Shown: positions 1 through 7,221 of the stretch, piece by piece | Layout of the letters: each line of letters opens with the position of its first letter | Numbering within the stretch: position 1 is the first letter of the stretch | Source: Acaryochloris marina MBIC11017 | GTDB taxonomy: Bacteria > Cyanobacteriota > Cyanobacteriia > Thermosynechococcales > Thermosynechococcaceae | Length of the DNA: 32,000 nucleotides | NCBI RefSeq assembly: GCF_000018105.1 | Contig: NC_009927.1 | Location: 180,001 to 212,000, forward strand | Direction: 5' to 3' | Position numbers and translations under genes: made by a program | Notes under the pieces: generated by a model | The model's input: only the letters and a program-made list of their open reading frames with translations | What the model was told of the DNA's origin: nothing | Databases searched by the model: none

Positions 1-101
1 CCTGTTAACTCCACTATTCCAAACCATAAAGGTGCCAGGTGATAGCCTAATACCACGCCACCAATGGAGTTAACCAATAGCCATACAATGATGCTGCTCA
101 T
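1..101 (-). CDS. partial small hydrophobic protein (N-terminal part only, runs off the window start)
   Basis: ATG at 101..99 opens a minus-strand frame MSSIIVWLLVNSIGGVVLGYHLAPLWFGIVELT with no stop before position 1. It starts 17 nt downstream of the stop of the 119..400 gene. Confidence 0.3.
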   Translation of the reverse strand, partial: MSSIIVWLLVNSIGGVVLGYHLAPLWFGIVELT

Positions 102-118
102 AGTCGATAATTTGAGCA

Positions 119-400
119 TCAAGACTTAGTAAGCAGCCCTTCATTTTCAGCCCCGATCCTCGCCTGTTGTCTCAACCAAGCTGTAAGCTCTCCTTTGCCT
201 GGATACTTGGTGGCAAGGGCTTCATATACTTCTTCTTCCAACCGAATACTCAGCGACTTAGCAAGCTTACCAGTCGTATTGTCTGCCCTTGGTAATGGTT
301 CCAGGTGGTCAAAAGTAGGGTTAGGATTTCTTCCCATATCTGAATACACATAGTTACGAGACAAGCCTAGCATAAGCATCAGATATATGCTTGCATTCAA
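119..400 (-). CDS. small DNA-binding protein, ribbon-helix-helix/CopG-like (true start probably the internal Met near 337)
   Basis: The C-terminal half KSLSIRLEEEVYEALATKYPGKGELTAWLRQQ has the beta-strand/helix/helix pattern of RHH repressors. The annotated first 20 codons overlap a palindromic operator-like site. The gene is divergent from 588..899. Confidence 0.45.
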   Translation of the reverse strand: MNASIYLMLMLGLSRNYVYSDMGRNPNPTFDHLEPLPRADNTTGKLAKSLSIRLEEEVYEALATKYPGKGELTAWLRQQARIGAENEGLLTKS

Positions 401-508
401 GCCTATATATCTATGGAAACTTAATGCTCAAAGTATACAGAAATAAGATATAAACAAGTGTAAACAATCTCTTTATATGCTTGAATGCAAGCATATAAGT
501 GTTATAAT
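384..508. promoter_or_regulatory. divergent promoter/operator region: two copies of a ~24-bp palindrome plus a sigma70-like promoter
   Basis: Site B at 474..497 is TATATGCTT-GAATGC-AAGCATATA (9-bp inverted arms). Site A at 384..409 is TATATGCTT-GCATTC-AAGC(C)TATATA, the same site with its centre inverted. TTGAAT (481..486), a 16-nt spacer and a perfect TATAAT (503..508) face the + strand gene at 588. Site B overlaps the -35. Confidence 0.5.
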
Positions 509-587
509 GCTTACATGCAAACAAAGGCACCGCGCTTCCGACCAAAGACTCGCGATGCCCTAGTTAAAACCCAACAAAGGATTAACT

Positions 588-899
588 ATGACCACTTTAC
601 TCAAAACTCCCACCACCGTCACTGAACTTCTTCAGCTTGTTGATGCTCAAGTCACTGATCCACTCCATCCAGAAGTCATTGCCGTTGAACTGCAAATCGA
701 GCAATACCCCGGTGTACGTGAGGGTGGCGACTTGTTTGAAGTCCTCGCTGCCGTCACCAGCAAGCCTGGTCTTCTCGGTGATCGTCTCCGGGCATGGGTT
801 CAGTCTGAGTATGGCAATGATTACCGCTTAGCAGATTGGCGCACCATCCCCACCACTCGCCAGATCGAAGCTGAGAAGAACTTTGAAGACGAATTCTAA
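588..899 (+). CDS. hypothetical protein (103 aa)
   Basis: Clean ORF downstream of the TTGAAT/TATAAT promoter, with AAGGA 8 nt before the ATG. No recognisable motif. Confidence 0.5.
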   Translation: MTTLLKTPTTVTELLQLVDAQVTDPLHPEVIAVELQIEQYPGVREGGDLFEVLAAVTSKPGLLGDRLRAWVQSEYGNDYRLADWRTIPTTRQIEAEKNFEDEF

Positions 900-966
900 G
901 CACATTCGGGGGGCAACACCGCCCCCCAAGGGATATTGCGCAATAATGATAATAAGGGAGAGACAA

Positions 967-1269
967 ATGAATTCATCAGACACAACTCAAATGCCCCAAT
1001 GGCTGGATGTCTTAGCAAAGCTTGCAACGATAGTCATCGCTATTGTCGCTCTGATTTCAGCTCTAGCTAGTGTCAATTTCTTCGTTGTTAGATCTGTTGT
1101 TGCAGAACAAATTACACCTCAATTCCAGCAAATAGATCAGCGATTTCAACAGGTCGATCAACGACTTCAGCAAATAGATCAGCGGTTCCAGCAGGTCGAT
1201 CAACGATTTCAGCAGATGGATCAACGACTAGAGCGGATTGAAATCAAGCTAGACAAAATCACGAATTAA
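967..1269 (+). CDS. N-terminally membrane-anchored coiled-coil protein with QxDQRFQ heptad repeats
   Basis: GGGAG lies 8 nt upstream of the ATG at 967. TM helix LAKLATIVIAIVALISALASVNFFVV is followed by QIDQRFQQVDQRLQQIDQRFQQVDQRFQQMDQRL. The longer 883 start overlaps the previous gene and is less likely. Confidence 0.55.
   Translation: MNSSDTTQMPQWLDVLAKLATIVIAIVALISALASVNFFVVRSVVAEQITPQFQQIDQRFQQVDQRLQQIDQRFQQVDQRFQQMDQRLERIEIKLDKITN
1124..1230 (+). repeat. tandem 21-nt (heptad-encoding) repeat, about 5 units
   Basis: CAAATAGATCAGCGATTTCAA / CAGGTCGATCAACGACTTCAG / CAAATAGATCAGCGGTTCCAG / CAGGTCGATCAACGATTTCAG / CAGATGGATCAACGACTA, read directly. Confidence 0.8.
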
Positions 1270-1352
1270 GTTTGATTTTCTCCAAGTACCTTAGTTTGAA
1301 GCCAAGGTACTTGGAGATTGTTTGTTTATCCCATCTCGTTAAGCTTAGTTAC

Positions 1353-1721
1353 CTAGGTAACATAAATCCCCTGAAGAATCTGAGATTTCATAGCTTCAAA
1401 ATCATTCAACGGTATTTCATAGGAAGGATTGCAGAGCCTTCTAAGCAGCATTTCAAGCATGGGATTATCGTTGTTGAACTCAACTTCAGCCAGTAGATTA
1501 GAGGCCGAGAAATTGTACATAACAACCCTAGTTTTTTCAGGCCACTCTTGAATCAGAAACCCCATATTTTTAGCTTGATTGCTAAACAATGATTCATTCA
1601 GGGCACCAACACTATTTTTGCTAGGAGTATCAGAGTAAGAAGCCAGCTCAAACCCTGAGAAATCACCGTTAATTATGGTGTTGGCAACATTGAGTGACCC
1701 GAAGAGTCGATCCAAGTTCAT
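1353..1721 (-). CDS. hypothetical protein (122 aa)
   Basis: Uninterrupted ORF with ordinary soluble-protein composition. No motif recognised. Confidence 0.45.
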   Translation of the reverse strand: MNLDRLFGSLNVANTIINGDFSGFELASYSDTPSKNSVGALNESLFSNQAKNMGFLIQEWPEKTRVVMYNFSASNLLAEVEFNNDNPMLEMLLRRLCNPSYEIPLNDFEAMKSQILQGIYVT

Positions 1722-1777
1722 CGTTTTGATTCATCTTCAATAAATAGGTAATACAGATTCTCTACAGAAATTGAAAT

Positions 1778-1987
1778 CTAGGAAGATTTCTGAGTTTTCA
1801 AATCATTGATGGTTTCTCGAATGCGATCGCGGCATTCCAACATCCCCGCCAGCGCTGTAAGTGCTTTTTCCTCCGCATTGCCCCCCTGAGCGGAATCCTC
1901 AGCAGGGCCTGAATCAACGGGGTTCGGTGGGTTATCTGTCATGGAAAAACTCTCATTTTCTCTACTTGAGAAGCAAAATCCAGGCAA
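1778..1987 (-). CDS. small acidic hypothetical protein (probably starts at the internal Met, MTDNPPNP, near 1942)
   Basis: ORF only. Its 5' end overlaps the stop of the 36-aa peptide ORF in another frame. Confidence 0.3.
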   Translation of the reverse strand: MPGFCFSSRENESFSMTDNPPNPVDSGPAEDSAQGGNAEEKALTALAGMLECRDRIRETINDLKTQKSS

Positions 1988-2072
1988 TAATCCCTAAGAC
2001 CCAACCAATGGGGCCTGCGAGGAGCAATAAGGGGGTAATCAGGATCAGGAGAACGATCAGGCAACCTTTCAT
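1962..2072 (-). CDS. 36-aa hydrophobic peptide (below the ORF-track length cutoff)
   Basis: ATG at 2072..2070 is preceded by GGAG 9 nt upstream (gtGGAGaaaaactaATG). It translates to MKGCLIVLLILITPLLLLAGPIGWVLGIIAWILLLK with TAG at 1964..1962. This is essentially one or two TM helices. Confidence 0.35.
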   Translation of the reverse strand: MKGCLIVLLILITPLLLLAGPIGWVLGIIAWILLLK

Positions 2073-2336
2073 TAGTTTTTCTCCACAAAATAGTTTTCTT
2101 CCAATAATCGGGCGATGGTTTTAAGATCTTGTTCTGGTTAATCTAGGGTTACTCTCATGGTCAAGCCTCTGTAGATTAGGTAATACAGAATCCAGCAAGA
2201 ATCTAAGTTATTCCATCTATCCTCAAAGCTGCTCGTCATCTGATGAACAAGCTTTCCTTGAGGCTTCCAAAGTCTGACCGCCGACCCAAAAACATAGCAA
2301 AACAGAGGACTAGACGGCGGTAACCATTCCTCGTTT

Positions 2337-2591
2337 TTACTTTTGGTTGATTTGTACCACTGGGGCAGGGGTGTCGCTAGGTTTATTAAGGGACACCCCG
2401 TAAAGAGTGGCCCATACACCGATAGCAAGGCCAAGCGCTATATGTGCAGCCCTAAACAGGTAACCTTCTTTTCGGATATCGCTATTAACTCGTTTAATCC
2501 TTTGGGCACGTTCGGCCTGGTCTTGCTCCTTTTCGATCATTTTCCAATGTGCATATCGTTGCTGAATGGCAGCATCATTATCAGCAAGCAA
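2337..2591 (-). CDS. small membrane protein (84 aa)
   Basis: Charged N-terminal helix followed by TM segment AAHIALGLAIGVWATLYGV. It starts 18 nt after the stop of the upstream 2609..3316 gene. Confidence 0.4.
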   Translation of the reverse strand: MLADNDAAIQQRYAHWKMIEKEQDQAERAQRIKRVNSDIRKEGYLFRAAHIALGLAIGVWATLYGVSLNKPSDTPAPVVQINQK

Positions 2592-2608
2592 GCTCTCCAG
2601 TCGGGCTA

Positions 2609-3316
2609 TCAGCTGGTGCTCGATAATAGCGGTATAGTCGTCGCCGCTCCAGAAATTTCGTTCGCCGGGGGCTTTTTTCCCTCCATACTCCGCTGCAATC
2701 TCAAGGTGAATTGTGCTTTAAATTCTGGATCACGTAGGCTTTTGGCAATTTCTTGGCGGTAGCAATATAAGAAAGCCTGCTCCAATCTTTCCTGTTCCTC
2801 TGCGGCCTTATCGGCAAAGCCTTGCATTCTAGAAAGGGTAATGGTTGCCGCTGTTTTCCCCCCTTCATTAATGAATGTCAGTTCTTCAGGGCTAAGGCCT
2901 GCTAGGGGGTTGTCCTCGCCATCGGCAGGCGGTAGATCATATGCCTCTGTGAGCTTCACCGGCTTATCTGCGGGGGGTAATACTGCCTCTTCCGCACTTG
3001 CACCGCCTTTAAATCGCTGGCAAATATCCGCGAAGGTCTCGCGGTACTCTCCGAGAGTCGCACCGGCTTGAGTGATTGCTGAGGCCAATCTATCGTACTC
3101 CTCCGGTCCTAAGCCTTGCTGATCGGCTACCTTTCTTAGATAACTTTCTACGTAGCTCCAGCCGTTCGCGTTATGGCCCTCGTTAATGGCAATCAGTATT
3201 TCTGACTGCTCATCATCAAACTGTGTAAGGCCTTCCCAGCCGCAAGCTTTTAGAATTTTGCCTAGGGTTTCTTCTGAGACTTCTAACAGTTGGAGGATAT
3301 CGTCTAGATTGTGCAT
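2609..3316 (-). CDS. hypothetical protein (235 aa)
   Basis: Long clean ORF with acidic helical composition. No catalytic motif recognised. Confidence 0.5.
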   Translation of the reverse strand: MHNLDDILQLLEVSEETLGKILKACGWEGLTQFDDEQSEILIAINEGHNANGWSYVESYLRKVADQQGLGPEEYDRLASAITQAGATLGEYRETFADICQRFKGGASAEEAVLPPADKPVKLTEAYDLPPADGEDNPLAGLSPEELTFINEGGKTAATITLSRMQGFADKAAEEQERLEQAFLYCYRQEIAKSLRDPEFKAQFTLRLQRSMEGKKPPANEISGAATTIPLLSSTS

Positions 3317-3467
3317 GGCTTGGTTTACCTTTTAGCTAATCGCGGGGAAGCCCCGCTTTGTACTGCAAGTGAAACGAAGCGGTCAACGTCGGGATGAGGA
3401 GCGGTGACCGCAGGGAACAATTCTAGGGACTACATAACACCTCCCTAGAAAAAGCTATAATAAGAAC

Positions 3468-4721
3468 ATGTTCACCATGACGTACCGCTACCGGATTTAC
3501 CCTAGCCTTGAGCAAGAGACACGGATGTTGTCTTGGCTTGAGACTTGTCGCTCTGTGTACAACTATGCGTTGAGAGAGCGAAAAGATTGGATCGGTAGCC
3601 GTAAGTGCCAGATAGACAGATGTTCTCTGCAGTCTGAGTACATCATTCCTGCAGATGCTCCCTATCCTGGCTATTACCCTCAAAAGAAAAACCTGACTCA
3701 GGCTAAGAAAGTCTTGCCACACCTGAAGGATGTGCATTCTCAAGTATTGCAAGATGTTTTGGGCAGGGTTGATGCGTCTTTTGAGGCCATGAGGCAAAGA
3801 GGTCACGGTTTTCCACGCTTTAAGAAGTTTGGACAATACCGTTCCTTCCTGTTCCCTCAGTTCAAGACCAGCCCAGTTCAGGGTAATCAAATTAAGTTGC
3901 CCAAGATTGGTTGGGTTCCGATTACCTTGCACAGACCCATACCCGATGATTTTGATATCAAGACAGTACGGGTTGTCCGCAAGCATTCGGGCTGGTACGT
4001 CGTGCTGTGTATCCAAGCTGATGTCTCTATCCCTGAAGTCCCACCTCATGGGCATTCGATTGGGATTGATGTTGGTTTGGAATATTTTCTGTCTACAAGT
4101 GATGGCGAGCAAATTGCTAGACCTCGCTTTTTCAACAAGCTCCACCGCAAGCTGGAATTGCTGCAACGGTGCTTGAAGCGAAAGCAAAAAAGGTCGAACC
4201 AACGCGCCAAGCTGATTCAGAGAATAGGGCGAGTGCATGAACAAATTGCGGCATCTCGACTGGACTGGCAATTTAAGCTGGCCCATCACCTGTGTGACCA
4301 AGCCCAAACCATCTTTGCTGAAGATTTGGACTTCCGAATCATGGCAAAAGGGATGCTGGGCAAACATACTCTTGATGCAGGGCTTGGGCAATTCCTGAAT
4401 GTTGTTCTGCCTTGGGTTTGCTTCAAGCGTGGAGTTTACTATGTCAAGGTTGACCCTAATGGCACGTCTCAAGAATGCCCTGACTGTGGAGCCAGGGTAA
4501 AGAAAGACTTGAGTGTTCGGATTCATGAGTGTCATGAGTGCGGGTCCGTAAAGCCGAGAGATGTTGCCAGTGGTCAAGTTATCAATGCCCGTGGTCTATC
4601 GGGTGTTCAAATTGCAAGTGGACGGGATCTATCGGGGTTTCAGGTGACTGATGCTAGACAAGACCGGACGAAGCTTGAATATTTCAAGAGCAATCTTGAG
4701 AAGCCCGCGTTGTATGCGTAG
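3468..4721 (+). CDS. tnpB: TnpB/OrfB RNA-guided endonuclease (IS200/IS605 accessory protein)
   Basis: N-terminal YRYRIYPSLEQE...L.....CRSVYNYAL signature. RuvC-I GIDVGL, RuvC-II IFAEDL, zinc ribbon CPDCG...CHECG, RuvC-III RDVASGQVI. Length is 417 aa. Confidence 0.9.
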   Translation: MFTMTYRYRIYPSLEQETRMLSWLETCRSVYNYALRERKDWIGSRKCQIDRCSLQSEYIIPADAPYPGYYPQKKNLTQAKKVLPHLKDVHSQVLQDVLGRVDASFEAMRQRGHGFPRFKKFGQYRSFLFPQFKTSPVQGNQIKLPKIGWVPITLHRPIPDDFDIKTVRVVRKHSGWYVVLCIQADVSIPEVPPHGHSIGIDVGLEYFLSTSDGEQIARPRFFNKLHRKLELLQRCLKRKQKRSNQRAKLIQRIGRVHEQIAASRLDWQFKLAHHLCDQAQTIFAEDLDFRIMAKGMLGKHTLDAGLGQFLNVVLPWVCFKRGVYYVKVDPNGTSQECPDCGARVKKDLSVRIHECHECGSVKPRDVASGQVINARGLSGVQIASGRDLSGFQVTDARQDRTKLEYFKSNLEKPALYA

Positions 4722-4760
4722 CATCAGCGTCGGGAGAAGTCACAGTGTGCTTACTTGTTG
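4560..4760 (+). ncRNA. candidate omega/reRNA scaffold of the TnpB element (position by analogy only)
   Basis: In characterised TnpB elements the guide RNA derives from the 3' end of tnpB plus the right end. Here the ORF has a long low-complexity tail after the zinc ribbon, overlapping partly self-complementary sequence (CCCGCG...CGTCGGG). Boundaries were not determined. Confidence 0.35.
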
Positions 4761-4788
4761 GATAGGGGAGTTTCAGCCGAGGCCAAAA

Positions 4789-5073
4789 TCAATTAGAGTT
4801 TGCCTGGATCGGAAGCTTGCGAAACTCGGCGAGGGGCCTCTCTCGGCCAATCAAATATTTTTGCTGAGCTTCCATCGTTTCGTTATCTTCGACAGGGATT
4901 TGTTGAACTGCTGCCAGCACTCCAAAAAGGGCAGTGCAGCTAAAGGAGAGGGCGAACCCTACCCCAAGAGCAACACTAGGCTTGTAATTTTTGCCGCTTT
5001 TGATGGCCCGTCGAAGGAAGGCTATTGAGAGCGCGAAGGAGCAGCCCGATCCTGCAATCAAATAAATGAACAT
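4789..5073 (-). CDS. small membrane protein (94 aa, about 3 TM)
   Basis: Hydrophobic segments MFIYLIAGSGCSFALSIAFL and VALGVGFALSFSCTALFGVLAAV. Confidence 0.4.
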   Translation of the reverse strand: MFIYLIAGSGCSFALSIAFLRRAIKSGKNYKPSVALGVGFALSFSCTALFGVLAAVQQIPVEDNETMEAQQKYLIGRERPLAEFRKLPIQANSN

Positions 5074-5200
5074 GTTTGAGTCCTTATCAATGCACCTACT
5101 TTTTTAATAGGTGGGTTTTGGCTTGGGTCAAAATCCTGTATCGACATTGCGATGCTCTCCGAGCGGCCTTAGGCTATCGCATCGCTGTATCTCGAAATAA

Positions 5201-5623
5201 TTAACCGAATGGATCACCAGCAATAGGTGCTGATGGTAAATCGTCGTCATCGTTATCGCTGTCGGCTTCCCAGGTATCTAAATCTGGGGTTCCTTCGTCA
5301 AGCTGAGCTGTGAGACCTCCGGGAACTGGACCCGCCGCAAAGTTCCCGCTTTCATCACCACTTGCAAGGGTTAGTGCTTCGGCTTCAAGGGCAAGTTTAA
5401 AATGTTTGCCAACCGTAGAAAGCCGTTGAACCTCGTCGAAAGAGGCACCATCTAGTGCGCTCCCCACTGGACCCAATACCGCCCATGCAGCCTGAAAGAA
5501 CACCTCGCTAAAGTCAGCTCCGTAGTATCTCCTCAAGGCATGATACTGACGAGTGTGAATAGAGTCATGAGGGTATCGCCTGCCGACTCTAATTAATTCT
5601 TGATCCGTTTGATTAGCTTTCAT
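5201..5623 (-). CDS. hypothetical protein in the ParR-equivalent position (acidic C-terminus)
   Basis: Overlaps the 3' end of the ParM-like gene by 11 nt, suggesting translational coupling. C-terminal tail is DTWEADSDNDDDDLPSAPIAGDPFG. The adaptor role is inferred from gene order only. Confidence 0.4.
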   Translation of the reverse strand: MKANQTDQELIRVGRRYPHDSIHTRQYHALRRYYGADFSEVFFQAAWAVLGPVGSALDGASFDEVQRLSTVGKHFKLALEAEALTLASGDESGNFAAGPVPGGLTAQLDEGTPDLDTWEADSDNDDDDLPSAPIAGDPFG

Positions 5624-6620
5624 AGGTGCCCCCTTTGATTAGTAGATAGCTATCGGTAAACCGATTCTTGTAGCCGCTAAATTCAGGCGCACTCAGATCG
5701 GGGAAGGCCGCTGACATTTCCTCTAATTCAGTTTTTAGGTATCGCAGCTTCGGCCCGAACTTGGCCTTAAGCTCTGGACCCCAGACCGGATGGCTACCCC
5801 CAGTCACATAAATCTTGGTTGCAGTGGTGAGCGGGCGAAAGCGATCAAACCTCTCGGAAATCTTAGGCCAAACCTTAGCCTTAGCGCTTTTTAGGATCCG
5901 CCTTGCTGATTGCAATTCTTCCTTGTCCGAGAAGGCAAGCTTGAGACCGTTCTTGTTTCGCACTTCACGACAAATCAGCGTAGCCAAAATCAGCTCATCG
6001 GAAACATGGATGCCGCATTCGTTAATCAATGCAATCATGCCCATTCCCGTGAGAGTCAAACTCTGCTTGGTGATAACGCGACCCTCTCGAACATAAAGAA
6101 TCGAGATGTCTTTGTGACCAAACATGATTGCAATGGCTTCGGCATCTTGAATCTGAGATGCAATCCCCGAACCTTCAGGCAGTACCCGGACCCGTCGAAC
6201 TTTCACGTTTGGCTTAAGACCGTTGAACGTGGATCCATAAATACCTTTCTCTAAGTTCGCTTCCAAGGTCTTGAAATACCGTCCTTCTCCTTGAGGAAGC
6301 AGCACCGTTAGATCTACATAGCCCTCAGTAAAGTTCTCAGTCTCGATTGCTTTGCCCAGCATCCCTAATGCTCTTAAGCTTGCTTGTTCGGCTTTTTGTT
6401 GATGGATATTGGTCTCATAAATCCCATTCCCCGCACTAGCCCCCACGGTCCAGGCTCGATCCTTGTACTCAATCACGCAACTATCCGCTGTCAAGTCTCG
6501 GATCTTCTCTTCCTCAACCGCATTATCTTGAGCGATCCAATGCAAATTATTGTCGATGTAGTAGCATCCCTTCCCCAGGCTTGAACCCAAGTCAGTGCAT
6601 ATCGTCAAATCTCGATCCAT
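5613..6620 (-). CDS. actin-fold ATPase, ParM/StbA-like plasmid segregation protein
   Basis: Phosphate-1-like ICTDLGSSLGKG at the N-terminus, LPEGSGIA, and late VTGGS. Size is 335 aa. An iteron array lies immediately upstream. Confidence 0.55.
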   Translation of the reverse strand: MDRDLTICTDLGSSLGKGCYYIDNNLHWIAQDNAVEEEKIRDLTADSCVIEYKDRAWTVGASAGNGIYETNIHQQKAEQASLRALGMLGKAIETENFTEGYVDLTVLLPQGEGRYFKTLEANLEKGIYGSTFNGLKPNVKVRRVRVLPEGSGIASQIQDAEAIAIMFGHKDISILYVREGRVITKQSLTLTGMGMIALINECGIHVSDELILATLICREVRNKNGLKLAFSDKEELQSARRILKSAKAKVWPKISERFDRFRPLTTATKIYVTGGSHPVWGPELKAKFGPKLRYLKTELEEMSAAFPDLSAPEFSGYKNRFTDSYLLIKGGTYES

Positions 6621-6695
6621 GTATCGAAGCTCCTATGTTTGTTGTTCTTACCTATGTAATAGGGGGCTTCTTCAACACACCAAAATGCTATTTTT

Positions 6696-6780
6696 GTGCA
6701 ATCTTATGTAGTGCATCTGTAGTTTTTATGTAGTACTTCAGTGCAATTTTATGTAGCATACTTGCCACCTAGCTGTAGTA
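6696..6780. repeat. five direct (T/C)TGTAG(T/C) iterons, centromere (parC)-like or replication iterons
   Basis: TGTAG core at 6707, 6718, 6729, 6752 and 6774, giving spacings of 11, 11, 23 and 22 bp. Interleaved GTGCA at 6696, 6711 and 6741. Confidence 0.6.
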
Positions 6781-6890
6781 TTTCCCCAAAACCGCTCAAA
6801 AAGGGCAAAAATCGAAGTCAAAACCACCTTAAAACCTTTGTGTGTCTACGTTTCAGGCTCCAGAAACACCCGATTTCTCGAAAAAGTGAT

Positions 6891-6956
6891 ACCACGACAC
6901 GCCACACTGAGCCACACCGATTGATTTTGTGCCACATCTAGCGACTTTGTACCACG
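6891..6956. repeat. five RCCAC motifs on an exact 10-bp register
   Basis: ACCACG at 6891, GCCACA at 6901, 6911 and 6931, ACCACG at 6951. Offsets are 10, 10, 20 and 20 bp. Confidence 0.55.
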
Positions 6957-7129
6957 GACCTGCTCACCAATCTCTATAACCCTTGCGTGGTCACGGTTTC
7001 AGAGGCCGAAAATCTTTCTGTGGAGAGAAGCCCCCCAATATACGCCTAATCGCCATTACATGGGCCTGGATCGGTTGGAGGCGAAAATTGCGTTTTTCAG
7101 GATTTTTTGTCACACGTTTGAAACTTTTG

Positions 7130-7170
7130 CACTACAGAAATGTAGTGTTTTTGAAATATTTATGCTACAT
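7130..7170. repeat. inverted pair of the TGTAGT iteron (hairpin CACTACA-GAAA-TGTAGTG followed by T5) plus one more inverted copy
   Basis: Hairpin at 7130..7147, TTTTT at 7148..7152, and GCTACAT at 7164..7170 (reverse complement of ATGTAGC at 6751..6757). Confidence 0.5.
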
Positions 7171-7221
7171 ACTTCAGCAGTAAATTTGAAAAATGTGGCA
7201 AGAGGGTAAAAGGGTAAAGGG

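Larger units (their letters stand above)
3330..4760 (+). mobile_element. tnpB-only IS200/IS605-family (IS1341-like) element; ends approximate
   Basis: Contains tnpB with no adjacent Y1 tnpA. Hairpin-forming sequences lie upstream (CGCGGGG-AAG-CCCCGC at about 3341..3356; GCGGTCA..19 nt..TGACCGC at about 3379..3411). A structured 3' region overlaps and follows the tnpB stop. Confidence 0.55.

Noticed and set aside
883-966. Long N-terminal extension of the heptad-repeat protein (start at 883)
   Set aside because: It would overlap the end of the 588..899 gene. The internal ATG at 967 has a strong GGGAG Shine-Dalgarno at the right distance.
2138-2434. 98-aa minus-strand ORF overlapping the 3' end of 2337..2591
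   Set aside because: It overlaps a more plausible membrane-protein gene by about 100 nt in another frame. It has Trp/Cys/Pro-rich atypical composition and no RBS. It was left unannotated.
3423-4577. 384-aa ORF antisense to tnpB
   Set aside because: It is entirely contained within, and opposite to, a gene with unmistakable TnpB motifs. Its translation is low-complexity (rich in L, R, S, Q) with no motif. It is probably an open antisense frame by chance.
5085-5200. Hairpins CACCTA-N9-TAGGTG and GCGATGC-N22-GCATCGC as terminators of the par operon
   Set aside because: On the transcribed (minus) strand neither is followed by a U-run. The second has a 22-nt loop. This is not convincing enough to annotate.
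6741-7183. Two 66-aa ORFs (6741..6941, 6983..7183) in the par upstream region
   Set aside because: They lie across the iteron arrays and have no RBS and odd composition. The region is better read as non-coding centromere/regulatory DNA.
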